Source of the DNA: a virus
Length of the DNA: 64,000 nucleotides
Strand: one strand, 5' to 3'
IMG/VR virus record: IMGVR_UViG_3300005613_000050
Location: 4,927 to 68,926 of that record
Each line of letters starts with the position of its first letter. Position 1 is the stretch's first letter. A program made the position numbers and the translations under genes. The notes beneath the pieces were generated by a model that did not search any database, was not told where the DNA came from, and saw nothing but the letters and a program-made list of their open reading frames with translations. Shown one piece after another: positions 49,262 through 58,838 of this stretch.

Positions 49262-49641
49262 TGTGTAATATAGATGTAGCAAAAAGCTTTGCTAATGGTG
49301 GTAAACCTTGTAAAGTAGCACATATGAGTCATGATGGTGAATGTCTCTATAGTTATAAGGCTACTATCGCCAAAAAGGTCAATGATGTCTTTTTGATTAA
49401 TACCCGTGACGGATGGAGTCAAACAACCAAACGCCATATTGGTTTGGTTATGCGGGCTTGCTATCCTAATTACATTATTGTTTATGATGTTCTTAAGGGT
49501 AAAGATTATAACATCCTTGGCATGAAGAACAATATTCGGCATCTTTTTAAGAAACGAAGAAATGCAAGAACAATGAAGAAATATTACAAAAATCTTATTC
49601 TATTGGCTATCCGCGATCTTCGCCAATATAAGGAGCTATAA
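49261..49641 (+). CDS. Hypothetical protein
   Basis: LYSY.ATIA..WSQTTKRH; TAATG coupling. Confidence 0.6.
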   Translation: MCNIDVAKSFANGGKPCKVAHMSHDGECLYSYKATIAKKVNDVFLINTRDGWSQTTKRHIGLVMRACYPNYIIVYDVLKGKDYNILGMKNNIRHLFKKRRNARTMKKYYKNLILLAIRDLRQYKEL

Positions 49642-49934
49642 TGAAACCTGTTCTCATTAAATTTCAAAATAGTTGGCACGTTTATTCTTTTCTTACCCAT
49701 CTTGAGCTAAAGGAAAATGATCTTGTCGTTTGTAAAAGTTCTTGTGGTTATGATATTGGTCGTGTCTTTAAAGTTAATAACTTAACACCTAAAGAGACGA
49801 AAAATGCTAAAGCTTTTATCGTTCAAAAAATTGATACTGAGACTTACAAAAAAGTAGCAGAAGAATATAAAGTAGAAAATGCTTTGACTCTTGTTAAACA
49901 GATTAAAAAATTATTGGAGGATTATGATGGCTAA
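49641..49934 (+). CDS. Hypothetical protein
   Basis: TAATG coupling, AAGGAG RBS. Confidence 0.6.
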   Translation: MKPVLIKFQNSWHVYSFLTHLELKENDLVVCKSSCGYDIGRVFKVNNLTPKETKNAKAFIVQKIDTETYKKVAEEYKVENALTLVKQIKKLLEDYDG

Positions 49935-50934
49935 ACGTGAGTTCCTAATGCTCGCTCATGTCTATAAGAATCAACCTGTTGCAGATTGGTATGTGAGCGA
50001 GAAACTTGATGGTATGCGATGCTTTTGGGATGGTGGCATAACACGAGGTATGCTTAAGGTAGATGTGCCTTGGGCGAATTGTGCTAAAGATGCCCGTTAT
50101 AAAGAAACACAATATAGCACAGGCTTATGGTCACGTTATGGTAGTGTGATACACGCTCCTGATTGGTGGCTCGACGCTTTACCTAATATGTTTCTTGATG
50201 GTGAGCTTTATACTAAAATCAATGATCGTCAGAATCTTATGTCTACGGTTAAACAGCTTATACCCGATGATCGTTGGGTTGATGTATTCTATTATTGTTT
50301 CGATTCACCTGCACCTGAAAGTATTTTTGCAGCAGGGCGGATCAATACAACGAACTTCAAGAAAGACATGAAAGATTGTCTGGCTTTTGTGAAGTCTAAG
50401 AATCCTGATGTTACAATCAATTTTGGTACAAACTTTGAGGCTGTTTATAAGGTTCTTAAAGCCTTTTGTATTGGTGGTCGGGCTATAGCACATAAGCAAG
50501 AAGAAGTTAGTAACTTAAATCAACAGCTTCTTGAGGTTAGCGAAGCAGGTGGTGAGGGTCTTATTGTTCGTAACCCAAAAGCAGTATGGGTTCCTCAACG
50601 GTCAAAGAACCTTTTGAAGCTAAAGAAATTCGAAGATGATGAAGGTACTGTTGTTGGCTATGTTACTGGGCGAGGTAAGTTGCTTGGTAAAATGGGTGCT
50701 TTAATCCTCGACTATAAAGGGCAGCGTTTAGAGCTTAGTGGTTTCACTGATGCAGAGCGCGAACTTAATGATACTTTTTGGGCTGAAAATCATATTGCCC
50801 ATGAATGCCCAGAGTCTGTTTGGTGTGAACATTTTCCACGAGGAAGTAAAGTCACTTTTAAATATCGCGGGAAGAGTCGTGATGGTATCCCACAAGAAGC
50901 TCGTTATTGGAGGAAATATAATGAACTTGGGTAA
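49924..50934 (+). CDS. lig: ATP-dependent DNA ligase
   Basis: SEKLDGMRC, LDGELY, EGLIVR, LLKLK, OB domain VTFKY. Confidence 0.93.
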   Translation: MMAKREFLMLAHVYKNQPVADWYVSEKLDGMRCFWDGGITRGMLKVDVPWANCAKDARYKETQYSTGLWSRYGSVIHAPDWWLDALPNMFLDGELYTKINDRQNLMSTVKQLIPDDRWVDVFYYCFDSPAPESIFAAGRINTTNFKKDMKDCLAFVKSKNPDVTINFGTNFEAVYKVLKAFCIGGRAIAHKQEEVSNLNQQLLEVSEAGGEGLIVRNPKAVWVPQRSKNLLKLKKFEDDEGTVVGYVTGRGKLLGKMGALILDYKGQRLELSGFTDAERELNDTFWAENHIAHECPESVWCEHFPRGSKVTFKYRGKSRDGIPQEARYWRKYNELG

Positions 50935-50975
50935 GATGAAAAACGAGTTTTACAGCTATTTTAAGGAGAAAAATA

Positions 50976-51428
50976 ATGATTGAATATACTGTAAGAGTTT
51001 ATAAGCACAAGACTGAGTGGCGGTTAAATGGCGATTTGCATCGAGAAGGAGGTTTGCCTGCTATTGAATATGCTGACGGCTGCAGAGCATGGTACGTCAA
51101 TGGCAAACGCCATCGCGAAAATGATCTCCCTGCTATTGAATATGCTATTGAATATGCTAATGGCTGCAGAGTATGGTACGTCAATGGCAAACGCCATCGC
51201 GAAAATGATCTCCCTGCTATTGAATATGCTGACGGCTACAAGGCATGGTACGTCAATGGCAAACGCCATCGCGAAGGTGATCTCCCTGCTATTGAATGGA
51301 GTGACGGTGATAAAGAGTGGTGGGTCAATGGCGTTCGTCAACCTGACCCGACAAAGGTAAAAGAAATGACACTTGCCGAAGTCTGTGCAGAACTTGGTCA
51401 TAATATTAAGATTATTAAGGAGAAATAA
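50976..51428 (+). CDS. Repeat protein (HRExxLPAIEYADG..WYVNG, MORN-variant-like)
   Basis: Four ~69-bp coding repeats. Confidence 0.75.
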   Translation: MIEYTVRVYKHKTEWRLNGDLHREGGLPAIEYADGCRAWYVNGKRHRENDLPAIEYAIEYANGCRVWYVNGKRHRENDLPAIEYADGYKAWYVNGKRHREGDLPAIEWSDGDKEWWVNGVRQPDPTKVKEMTLAEVCAELGHNIKIIKEK

Positions 51429-52042
51429 TGAAATACTTTGAAGACCTAACAGACAAAGAGATTCTCGCACTTACAGATAAAGAGATCGAACATTATTGTT
51501 ATTTACGCACAGCACAAGAAGGGTTGACTTTTGTCCCGAAGCCAAGTTTACCAGAACCTAAGAAACCGAATATCCAAAAGACTGTGACAATGTTTGAAGC
51601 TTGTGGGGTACTGTTTGGTTGTTTGGCTAATGCCGAAGAGTTTCTTGAGTTAAGCCCGTGTACATCTACTTATGATTATGCTTTTGGTGGGTATGATTAT
51701 CCTTGGGTTGAAGAACACAGTGAAGAGATAACAACAAAACGGTTTTATAGTAAAGAGAATGTTGAGAATCTTAAAGTTGAACTTCAAGAATATAATGAGA
51801 AGAAAAGTGCTTATGATGCAGAACAAAATACTTATAATACTTTTCTGCGTAAACTCAAAGAACTAAATAAATCTATTTTTGATAAGGTCAATGAACTCAA
51901 GAAGCAAGAGCAACATAAAAAGCACTTAAAGAAACAATATGATAATTATCTTGAGTTAGCAAATCAAGATGAAGAGATTGCAAAGAACTTCTTCATTAAG
52001 GCTTACAGCGAGGAGGAATATAATGATCTATGTAATCAGTAA
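51428..52042 (+). CDS. Hypothetical coiled-coil protein
   Basis: AAGGAGAAATAATG junction. Confidence 0.65.
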   Translation: MKYFEDLTDKEILALTDKEIEHYCYLRTAQEGLTFVPKPSLPEPKKPNIQKTVTMFEACGVLFGCLANAEEFLELSPCTSTYDYAFGGYDYPWVEEHSEEITTKRFYSKENVENLKVELQEYNEKKSAYDAEQNTYNTFLRKLKELNKSIFDKVNELKKQEQHKKHLKKQYDNYLELANQDEEIAKNFFIKAYSEEEYNDLCNQ

Positions 52043-52274
52043 AAAAGGTTGTGGTAAATGCGAAGCAGCGAAAGATAAACTTAAGGTTCTTGATTTGGAG
52101 TATGAAGAGCATGATGAATCTGAACTTCAAGGTTCTGATTCTACATTAACAGCAGAACAAAAATCTGAGGCTATGGCTGAATATATTCAGTCTGGAACTT
52201 TACCTGTTATTATTATTAAGGATAGAGCTTATAGTTATCCAAAAGCTATGAAGGAGCTTAAAAATGCTAACTAA
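52023..52274 (+). CDS. Glutaredoxin-like protein
   Basis: GCGKCEAAK, TLPVII. Confidence 0.8.
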   Translation: MIYVISKKGCGKCEAAKDKLKVLDLEYEEHDESELQGSDSTLTAEQKSEAMAEYIQSGTLPVIIIKDRAYSYPKAMKELKNAN

Positions 52275-52536
52275 ATCAGAGATTGATAAAGTGGTAGCTA
52301 TTAGGACTAAGCTATCTAATATTGATACTATTTTAAATGAGATTGAACAAGCAACAGAATACAACATACACATAGCTTTTTTGCAGTCAGGTTATTATGA
52401 ACGTTATGGGGAGGCTGAGTTATTTTTTAAACGGCGTCCACTTAAATTAGCTATTATGGCATTAATAAAAAACTATTTAGACAAAGAGTGTAAAGAGTTA
52501 AATACCGAATTATCAAAGTATGTTGAAGATGTTTAA
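52264..52536 (+). CDS. Hypothetical protein
   Basis: AAGGAG RBS. Confidence 0.55.
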   Translation: MLTKSEIDKVVAIRTKLSNIDTILNEIEQATEYNIHIAFLQSGYYERYGEAELFFKRRPLKLAIMALIKNYLDKECKELNTELSKYVEDV

Positions 52537-52867
52537 GGTACTCTTGTGTTGCTACCTTATTATTAGTGGTCTTGGTATAGCTCATGATCCTGAAAATATT
52601 GGCAACTATATTATTCATGGTTTGGTTCTTTTGGCTTTAAGGAGTTATGATGATCGTTAAATCTAAGAAGCTAGGTTATATTCAAGACCATTAAAGACCT
52701 TAAAGAAGCAGGGTACACCGAATATATTAAAGTCTTTAAGGTTGATACTGGACTTAAAGATATATATATGGCGGAAAAATCTACCGTCTTACGTTCAAAG
52801 ATTCTACTTTTAATGTTATTGTTGAATCAAAATATAAATCTAAAGTTACTAACTTAAAGGAGAAATA

Positions 52868-53056
52868 ATGAAAAACGGATATCTTGTAGTCGCTATTGTT
52901 TTAATTATCTGCCTTACGTTTTACAATTGTATCGCACGCATCTGTGAGTATGGCGAAAATACAACTTGGGAATCGGTAGAGATTGAGAAAGCAAAACAGA
53001 ATTCAACTGGATATTGGCAAGGAAAGTATGAAGGTGCCATGAAGAAGGAGAAATAA
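52868..53056 (+). CDS. Small membrane-anchored protein
   Basis: N-terminal TM; flanked by conserved junctions. Confidence 0.6.
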   Translation: MKNGYLVVAIVLIICLTFYNCIARICEYGENTTWESVEIEKAKQNSTGYWQGKYEGAMKKEK

Positions 53057-53282
53057 TGGCTAACGTTATCCGTAGTGAAAAGGTAAAGACCGTGAATGGT
53101 GGCTCGAATATTGTGATGGAGAGATTACGTTGAAGTGTTCTTGCGACGGTCGCGAATACTATGTTTTGTCAATTACGGAAGAAGGCGAAATCGCACGCCA
53201 TAGCGATGTTGCGAAGGATGGCGCTTTGCCTGAACTTAATCTTGACGAGGATGGGCTGGTCAAAATCGGAAAGGAGAAATAA
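53056..53282 (+). pseudogene. Frameshifted small gene (A4 run at 53078-53081)
   Basis: Adding one A, as in the paralogous start at 53700 (A5), yields a 75-aa ORF ending at the next junction. Confidence 0.6.
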
Positions 53283-53509
53283 TGATTAAATCTGTTTTTG
53301 TAAATTATGAAGCGTTCGGTGCGGAGTTCGCAAACAGCGATGCGGAGGCACAGGCTATGTTTTTCCGTGGGGTTGCGCGTGAGTTAATGCACTGGGAAAG
53401 TAACCACTTGAAGCAGCTTCAATTTTCTAGCGTGGCAGACTTTTTGACAGAAAAAGACAAGGTAGAACTGGAGAATGCGCTTGCAATGCTATACTATAAG
53501 GAGAAATAA
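53282..53509 (+). CDS. Hypothetical protein
   Basis: Flanked by conserved junctions. Confidence 0.65.
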   Translation: MIKSVFVNYEAFGAEFANSDAEAQAMFFRGVARELMHWESNHLKQLQFSSVADFLTEKDKVELENALAMLYYKEK

Positions 53510-53688
53510 TGGATACGACTGTATTGTCTTATATTGGGTTAGCCTACTGCGCATGGGTATTTACGGTATTCACCTGGAATAGGTGTATTGCAATCGGTGG
53601 CGCTGAGTGCGATGAGCCTAACACTATGGGCGTATACATGGCTATTGCATTACCTGTTTTTGTATGGTGCATGAAAACTTTATTCTAA
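53509..53688 (+). CDS. Small two-TM membrane protein (59 aa)
   Basis: MDTTVLSYIGLAYCAWVF...; starts at conserved junction. Confidence 0.55.
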   Translation: MDTTVLSYIGLAYCAWVFTVFTWNRCIAIGGAECDEPNTMGVYMAIALPVFVWCMKTLF

Positions 53689-53699
53689 AAGGAGAAATA

Positions 53700-54278
53700 A
53701 TGGCTAATGTGATGTGTGGTGAAAAAGGTAAAGACCGTGAAATGGACATACAAATTGGTGATGTTTGGGGAAGCGATGAGTTTATTTACGAGATTGTTGG
53801 TTATGCTACCGATGGGTTTGGGTACAAGTGTACTTATACAACCGATGGGTATACTTCTTACAACAGTGCAAATAGCGAATACATAATGAAAAACACCAAG
53901 CTCATGTCTCGCATGGTTGACGGCAAGCGCATTGACCGTCCGGAGGCTGATCAGTATTGCACTCTCGATGAGTGCATAATCTTTGAACTCGGAACCGACG
54001 ACGAATGGAATGCTTTGGCGTGCAAAGGAACAGTCACACTCGACGACAACGGTGAGTTGCCGAAGCCGAAGAGAACCCGTAAAATGTATTCATGGGGGGA
54101 TGCGTGTAAAATTGCTGAGAAGAACAGGGGGTTGATAATGGAGACAATTAACCTCAAATTTGTTATTTCCGCATTCTTTTTCACCGAAGACGGAGATATG
54201 CTTATACCAGACGCAGGCAACTTTTATCCAAAGTCAGCACATATATGTGCAAAATGGTCTATACGAAAGGAGAAATAA
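53700..54278 (+). CDS. Hypothetical protein, paralogue A
   Basis: KLMSRMVDGKRIDRP, LDDNGELP shared with next gene. Confidence 0.65.
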   Translation: MANVMCGEKGKDREMDIQIGDVWGSDEFIYEIVGYATDGFGYKCTYTTDGYTSYNSANSEYIMKNTKLMSRMVDGKRIDRPEADQYCTLDECIIFELGTDDEWNALACKGTVTLDDNGELPKPKRTRKMYSWGDACKIAEKNRGLIMETINLKFVISAFFFTEDGDMLIPDAGNFYPKSAHICAKWSIRKEK

Positions 54279-54880
54279 TGGACGTACAAGTTAGAGATGT
54301 TTTTGAAGTAACTGGGAATCGCACAGATATTGTTTATGTACATGGACTAATCGGTGGTGAAGCGGTATGTTCATATAACCGAAATGGGTGTTTACGCGCG
54401 TGCACAATGGACATTGTCAGCCTATCGACTAAAAAGCTCCTGTCTCGCATGGTTGACGGTAAGCGTGTTGAGCGTCCGAAGGCTGGGGGACCGTGTACTT
54501 GGGCTCAGTTCAGGACGTTTGAGATTGGTACATTTGAGGAATGGGCGTTTGCTTGCGATAATAATGGTGATTGTAGTCCTATTCTCAACGATAACGGTGA
54601 GTTACCAACTCAAAAGCCAGAACCCAAAGACTATGTGGATTGTCCGGTTAAAGAAAACTCGGAAAGTTATTATTACACAGAGCCAAGCGGAGGTACTTTT
54701 GATATCACACGCGCACCCAGTCGAAAAGGCTTCATGGGCTACGTCTGGGACGTTGATGGCAAGGAAGGACGGGGCGGTGTTTATGTTCTTTGGCGAGACA
54801 AGGGTGGGCGATTGTGGGACTGGTATAAAGAAGGTCGCACACTCGAACGCTGCAAAGCTGTACGTTATGCTAATACTTAG
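54278..54880 (+). CDS. Hypothetical protein, paralogue B
   Basis: KLLSRMVDGKRVERP, LNDNGELP. Confidence 0.65.
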   Translation: MDVQVRDVFEVTGNRTDIVYVHGLIGGEAVCSYNRNGCLRACTMDIVSLSTKKLLSRMVDGKRVERPKAGGPCTWAQFRTFEIGTFEEWAFACDNNGDCSPILNDNGELPTQKPEPKDYVDCPVKENSESYYYTEPSGGTFDITRAPSRKGFMGYVWDVDGKEGRGGVYVLWRDKGGRLWDWYKEGRTLERCKAVRYANT

Positions 54881-54981
54881 TCATACGAGTTACCAACTCA
54901 AAACAGATAAGTATATTATTAAAGGGAACCCTTATCATATTAAGAAACTTTTGAAAATGACGGAAGGGAGATTCTGGCAAT

Positions 54982-55290
54982 ATGTCCGAAAAAATAAAAT
55001 GTCCGCGGTGCGGTATAATGTGCAAGAGACACTCTCGACGAAAACGAAGAGTCCTTGATGTTGATGGTTATATTGAGTACTATGCAGAAGTTTATGTTTG
55101 TCCTTTACATAAATATTTTACTGCTGATAACGATACTGCAACTAAAGGCTCTAGGTACAGTAAGAGTCTTGTAGCCTTGGGTAAGGAGTTCTTGACTGAA
55201 TATACTATTGAAGAGACAATAAAAAAGCTCAAAGAAATTTGTGGTGTACGGATACCTTATACGACACTATCAGAATGGAGGAGACGATGA
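54982..55290 (+). CDS. Zn-finger/HTH protein resembling a transposase N-terminus
   Basis: CPRCG..R.R.V.D..YVCP..FT..SRY, C-terminal HTH-like; no catalytic domain. Confidence 0.5.
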   Translation: MSEKIKCPRCGIMCKRHSRRKRRVLDVDGYIEYYAEVYVCPLHKYFTADNDTATKGSRYSKSLVALGKEFLTEYTIEETIKKLKEICGVRIPYTTLSEWRRR

Positions 55291-55523
55291 AGATTGACGA
55301 ATACATTAAGCTCAAAGACCCTAAAGATATTATGGAAGGGTTATTAAAAGAATTACGCGATAAAGTTATTAACTTAAAACGTGATGCCGCAGTCAAACGG
55401 GCTATGAATCTGATTGATAAGAAATGGCGTTCTATAGCCAAGAGACGTATGCTCAGAGAAAATGGTTTCTCTAGTACTATTGAGTTCTATTATCCGGAGG
55501 TTTATAAACGATGGAAAAAGTAA
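55287..55523 (+). CDS. Hypothetical protein
   Basis: GGAGG RBS, ATGA overlap. Confidence 0.55.
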   Translation: MKIDEYIKLKDPKDIMEGLLKELRDKVINLKRDAAVKRAMNLIDKKWRSIAKRRMLRENGFSSTIEFYYPEVYKRWKK

Positions 55524-55688
55524 TGTTAATTGATCGTAATGGCTTTTGCAAATATTGTGAATTACCTAAAGATCAAAATTATGCTAAAGTTAAGTTACTA
55601 ACTCATTATGGTAAAGAGATGGTTGTTACGTTTAATATGACTAAAGATAAGTTGCATAATATGAGAGTATTTAAGGAGGATTACTAAT

Positions 55689-55985
55689 ATGATGATTATT
55701 GATTTCCAAGAGCGTATTGAGAAACATCCCGATCTTAAGATTATTGGTTATAAAGATTTTAAGATTTATGTTGACCATAAAGGTCAGGTTAGTAGTGTAT
55801 CAGGGACGTGTGTTGAAGAGAATTTGTGGGTTGATCTTGAGGCTGTTTTAACTGGTCAACGAGAACCTGATGCTCTTTATCATATGAGCCGTGTTGTTGG
55901 TTATTATAGTCGGATTGAGAACTGGAATGATAGTAAGCAAGGCGAACTTAAAGATCGTCATAAAGGAGATTATAATGTTGGTTGA
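55689..55985 (+). CDS. Standalone NrdD-like C-terminal glycyl-radical domain
   Basis: SRVVGYYSRIENWNDSKQGELKDR. Confidence 0.75.
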   Translation: MMIIDFQERIEKHPDLKIIGYKDFKIYVDHKGQVSSVSGTCVEENLWVDLEAVLTGQREPDALYHMSRVVGYYSRIENWNDSKQGELKDRHKGDYNVG

Positions 55986-56163
55986 ACTTAAAGATGGTAC
56001 TGTATTGAAAAGTGAATCTACTTTTAAGAGTCTTAAAGACGTTGTTGATGAGTTAGTAAGTCAATATGGTGTTGGTCAAATTATTAACGCTATTGATGAT
56101 TGCGATGAAGTTCTTGATTCTCTTGAAGATGAAGAAATTAAACTGTATATGGAGGGGATGTAA
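55975..56163 (+). CDS. Small acidic hypothetical protein
   Basis: AAGGAG RBS. Confidence 0.5.
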   Translation: MLVELKDGTVLKSESTFKSLKDVVDELVSQYGVGQIINAIDDCDEVLDSLEDEEIKLYMEGM

Positions 56164-56501
56164 TGCTTAAGATTCTTATGGCAGTTATTATTGTTGTTCC
56201 TACAGTAACGGCAGAAACAGTTAGTAAAGAATTTAAAGAAAATGAGATTACAGCAGAAGAAAAATATAAGAAACAAGAATACATTATTACTGGTGTTGTT
56301 AAGTCTGTATCTAAAGGTACTGAGGAAGGTACAGCCGAAGTTTGTACGGAAAGTTTGATCTATATTGTTGTGCCACTTAAAGCTAATAAAAAAGTTTTGG
56401 TGGCTTTGAAAGCCGGAGACAAAATATCCTGTAAATGTAGGTTTAGTAGTAATCTCATTTCGCCTGAATTTAAAGGCAAGGAGATCAAAAATGTCAAATA
56501 A
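56163..56501 (+). CDS. OB-fold (tRNA_anti-like) exported protein
   Basis: KEFKENEITAEEKYK..ITGVVKSV..LKAGDKI. Confidence 0.65.
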   Translation: MLKILMAVIIVVPTVTAETVSKEFKENEITAEEKYKKQEYIITGVVKSVSKGTEEGTAEVCTESLIYIVVPLKANKKVLVALKAGDKISCKCRFSSNLISPEFKGKEIKNVK

Positions 56502-56922
56502 AGTTATTAAAAATATAGTAGATATGGATGCTTGGGAAGAGTATCAAAATAAAAATACTGATCCTTACGGTGCTGCTTGTGTTACAGTTGCTCGGAATGT
56601 TATGTTGTATTTAGATGAGAATCCAACAGAATTTGAACTTGGCTATTCTCCTAATATGAAAACTACTCACGGTATTATTTGTCACTGTGATACTGTAGGT
56701 GGAATAACAGGATTTATGGCTGGCTATGTTACAACTATGGTTTCAAGATGCTATAAGGATGGATGGAAATTTCTTCTTGCTGATACTCTTGTTGGTTGTA
56801 ATATGACTGATGAACATATTAAAAAGGCTATTAAGAGTTCTATGGCGGTGGTTTTGAAGCAAATGCAAGACACTATGCTTGAGTATGTTAATTCTCTTAA
56901 TGTGGGAGATCAAAAATGTTGA
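56491..56922 (+). CDS. Hypothetical protein
   Basis: NTDPYG..GITGFMAG; AAGGAG RBS. Confidence 0.6.
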   Translation: MSNKVIKNIVDMDAWEEYQNKNTDPYGAACVTVARNVMLYLDENPTEFELGYSPNMKTTHGIICHCDTVGGITGFMAGYVTTMVSRCYKDGWKFLLADTLVGCNMTDEHIKKAIKSSMAVVLKQMQDTMLEYVNSLNVGDQKC

Positions 56923-57131
56923 ATGATGAAGCCTTGAAAAAATTGTGTGCAGCAACAGGTAAAGAAGAAATGGAGATGCTTGAAGAGGCGACTTTTGATT
57001 CTGTAGCTGATGCTATCTGCGTTGAGTGTGGTTATACTACAGTTATGGAACCTGACCAAGATCGGGGTTGGTGTGAAGAGTGTGAGAAGAACACAGTTAA
57101 AAGTTGTCTGATACTTGCGGGGATGATTTAA
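56916..57131 (+). CDS. Small Zn-ribbon protein
   Basis: ICVECG..EPDQ..GWCEEC. Confidence 0.65.
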   Translation: MLNDEALKKLCAATGKEEMEMLEEATFDSVADAICVECGYTTVMEPDQDRGWCEECEKNTVKSCLILAGMI

Positions 57132-57988
57132 TGAAAAAAATGGGTTTTCATGGGATTTCGTCGGATAGGGTTTATGCCAAGGGCATAGTATATTGTGAGC
57201 ATATAGTAACAGAAAAATGTAATTTTCATTGCTCATATTGCAATAGGCTCTGTGCCGGAGATGACCTATCTTTTAACGGAATAATTAGTTTATTTGATAA
57301 GATTGCAGGATGTAAGTTTTACCATATCACAGGAGGCGAGCCTACAACCAGAAGCGATATTGTTGATATTGTAAAAGAGGCTAATAGCCGTTTCGATATG
57401 GTTCGTATGTCTACAAATGGTTCAGCACCAAAAAAGGTTTACCAAGATATTGTTGATGCTGGGTGTAAGTCTTTTGCTATATCGCTTGATCGAGGTCAAG
57501 AAATGTTTAATCATGTTGTGGATATAATTAAGTTTCTTTCTGATTATGATGTACAGATCGGGACTGTTGAAGCCGACTCGGACATGATAAAATTTATTTA
57601 TAGCCTTGGTGTTAGCGATATAAAAATAGGAACGGCGAGCCAGAACAAAACGTCTATTGTTGATGTTGATGTTTTGCCAACAACTCCGATAATGAAATAT
57701 CGTATTGACAGGTTTAGGCGTGGCTTAGGTATGCGAGGAACTCTCATTTCAGATCGTTGTTATTTATGTGAAACAGACATAACAATAAAAGGGAACAAGC
57801 ATTATCCGTGCGCCGTTTATATGCGAGAGGGCGGTAACGCTATAGGTGATATGTCAGATGATTTTATGCAAGAGCGAAAAGATTGGTCTATTAGGCACAA
57901 CACAAAGAACGATACGATATGCTCTAAATACTGTATGGACTTCAAGTGTGACTTTAACGGGGAGTGTATGAATGAAACAATCTGTTGA
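57131..57988 (+). CDS. Radical SAM enzyme (MoaA-like core, Cys-rich C-terminus)
   Basis: CNFHCSYC, TGGEPT, STNG, ISLD. Confidence 0.88.
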   Translation: MKKMGFHGISSDRVYAKGIVYCEHIVTEKCNFHCSYCNRLCAGDDLSFNGIISLFDKIAGCKFYHITGGEPTTRSDIVDIVKEANSRFDMVRMSTNGSAPKKVYQDIVDAGCKSFAISLDRGQEMFNHVVDIIKFLSDYDVQIGTVEADSDMIKFIYSLGVSDIKIGTASQNKTSIVDVDVLPTTPIMKYRIDRFRRGLGMRGTLISDRCYLCETDITIKGNKHYPCAVYMREGGNAIGDMSDDFMQERKDWSIRHNTKNDTICSKYCMDFKCDFNGECMNETIC

Positions 57989-58526
57989 GTTAATAACTTA
58001 TACGCCTGATCCTGAGAGTGTTATCGAGCGTTGTGGTAGAATCTGTTATCTTAGTGAGTGTAAAGATGCAGGTGCTTTTGTTCGTATGATCTTGAAGCGT
58101 GGGCATGAATCGGTGCTAGAACACGCATCAGCTACGTTCCAGATTATTACAGATCGCGGCATATCTCATGAGATTGTTCGTCATAGGTTGGCGAGTTATT
58201 CTCAAGAGTCAACACGTTTCTGTAAATATAAGGAACTTAATTTCATAGAACCTGCAGAACCAAATTTTGAATGGCTTTATGCCTGTAAGGCTGCTGAGAA
58301 AGCTTATAAGAGCATGATAGCTGATGGTGTTGCGCCACAATTTGCTAGAGACGTATTGCCTATGAGTCTAGCGACTAAGGTGGTTATGACGGCAAATTTT
58401 AGAGAGTGGCGTCATTTTATTAAGTTACGTAGTGCTAAAGATGCTCACCCTAAGATTCAAGAAGTTAGTAACTTAATTTTGGAAGAGTTAAAGAGTATTG
58501 CACCTAATTGTTTTGGAGGATTATAA
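57972..58526 (+). CDS. thyX: Flavin-dependent thymidylate synthase
   Basis: GHESVLEH, HEIVRHRLASYSQESTR, NFREWRHFIKLR..AHP. Confidence 0.95.
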   Translation: MKQSVELITYTPDPESVIERCGRICYLSECKDAGAFVRMILKRGHESVLEHASATFQIITDRGISHEIVRHRLASYSQESTRFCKYKELNFIEPAEPNFEWLYACKAAEKAYKSMIADGVAPQFARDVLPMSLATKVVMTANFREWRHFIKLRSAKDAHPKIQEVSNLILEELKSIAPNCFGGL

Positions 58527-58825
58527 TGCGTAATTTGTTTAAAAACCTTCGAGAAGGTAAAATACTAAAACTTGTTAAGAAATATGACCACTGGGTGATT
58601 AGGCGGTTTATGTCGGGTATGTTAAGTGATACTTTTATAATTGATAAATATTTTAATGTCCCTAAGAGTGTTGATACTATTTATATTAGTATTGTTAAGT
58701 ACCACCCACAAGGCGTTAAAATAGATGCTGAATTTCTAGAACAATGTAAAAGATGGAATCAATGTCGTCGGTATTTTGATGAATGGCGGAATGGTCGCTC
58801 TGGTTATCTTGTTGTACGTTATTAA
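58526..58825 (+). CDS. Hypothetical protein
   Basis: TAATG coupling, GGAGG RBS. Confidence 0.55.
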   Translation: MRNLFKNLREGKILKLVKKYDHWVIRRFMSGMLSDTFIIDKYFNVPKSVDTIYISIVKYHPQGVKIDAEFLEQCKRWNQCRRYFDEWRNGRSGYLVVRY

Positions 58826-58838
58826 TAGGAGAAAAATA

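Noticed and set aside
51040-51330. Diversity-generating retroelement template/variable repeats
   Set aside because: Repeats are in-frame protein repeats within one gene; no reverse transcriptase present
54354-55058. 234-aa overlapping ORF
   Set aside because: Mostly overlaps the paralogue-supported frame 54278-54880; only its last ~60 codons may be a real small gene
54982-55290. Insertion sequence
   Set aside because: Only Zn-finger/HTH part; no DDE domain, terminal inverted repeats or target duplication seen
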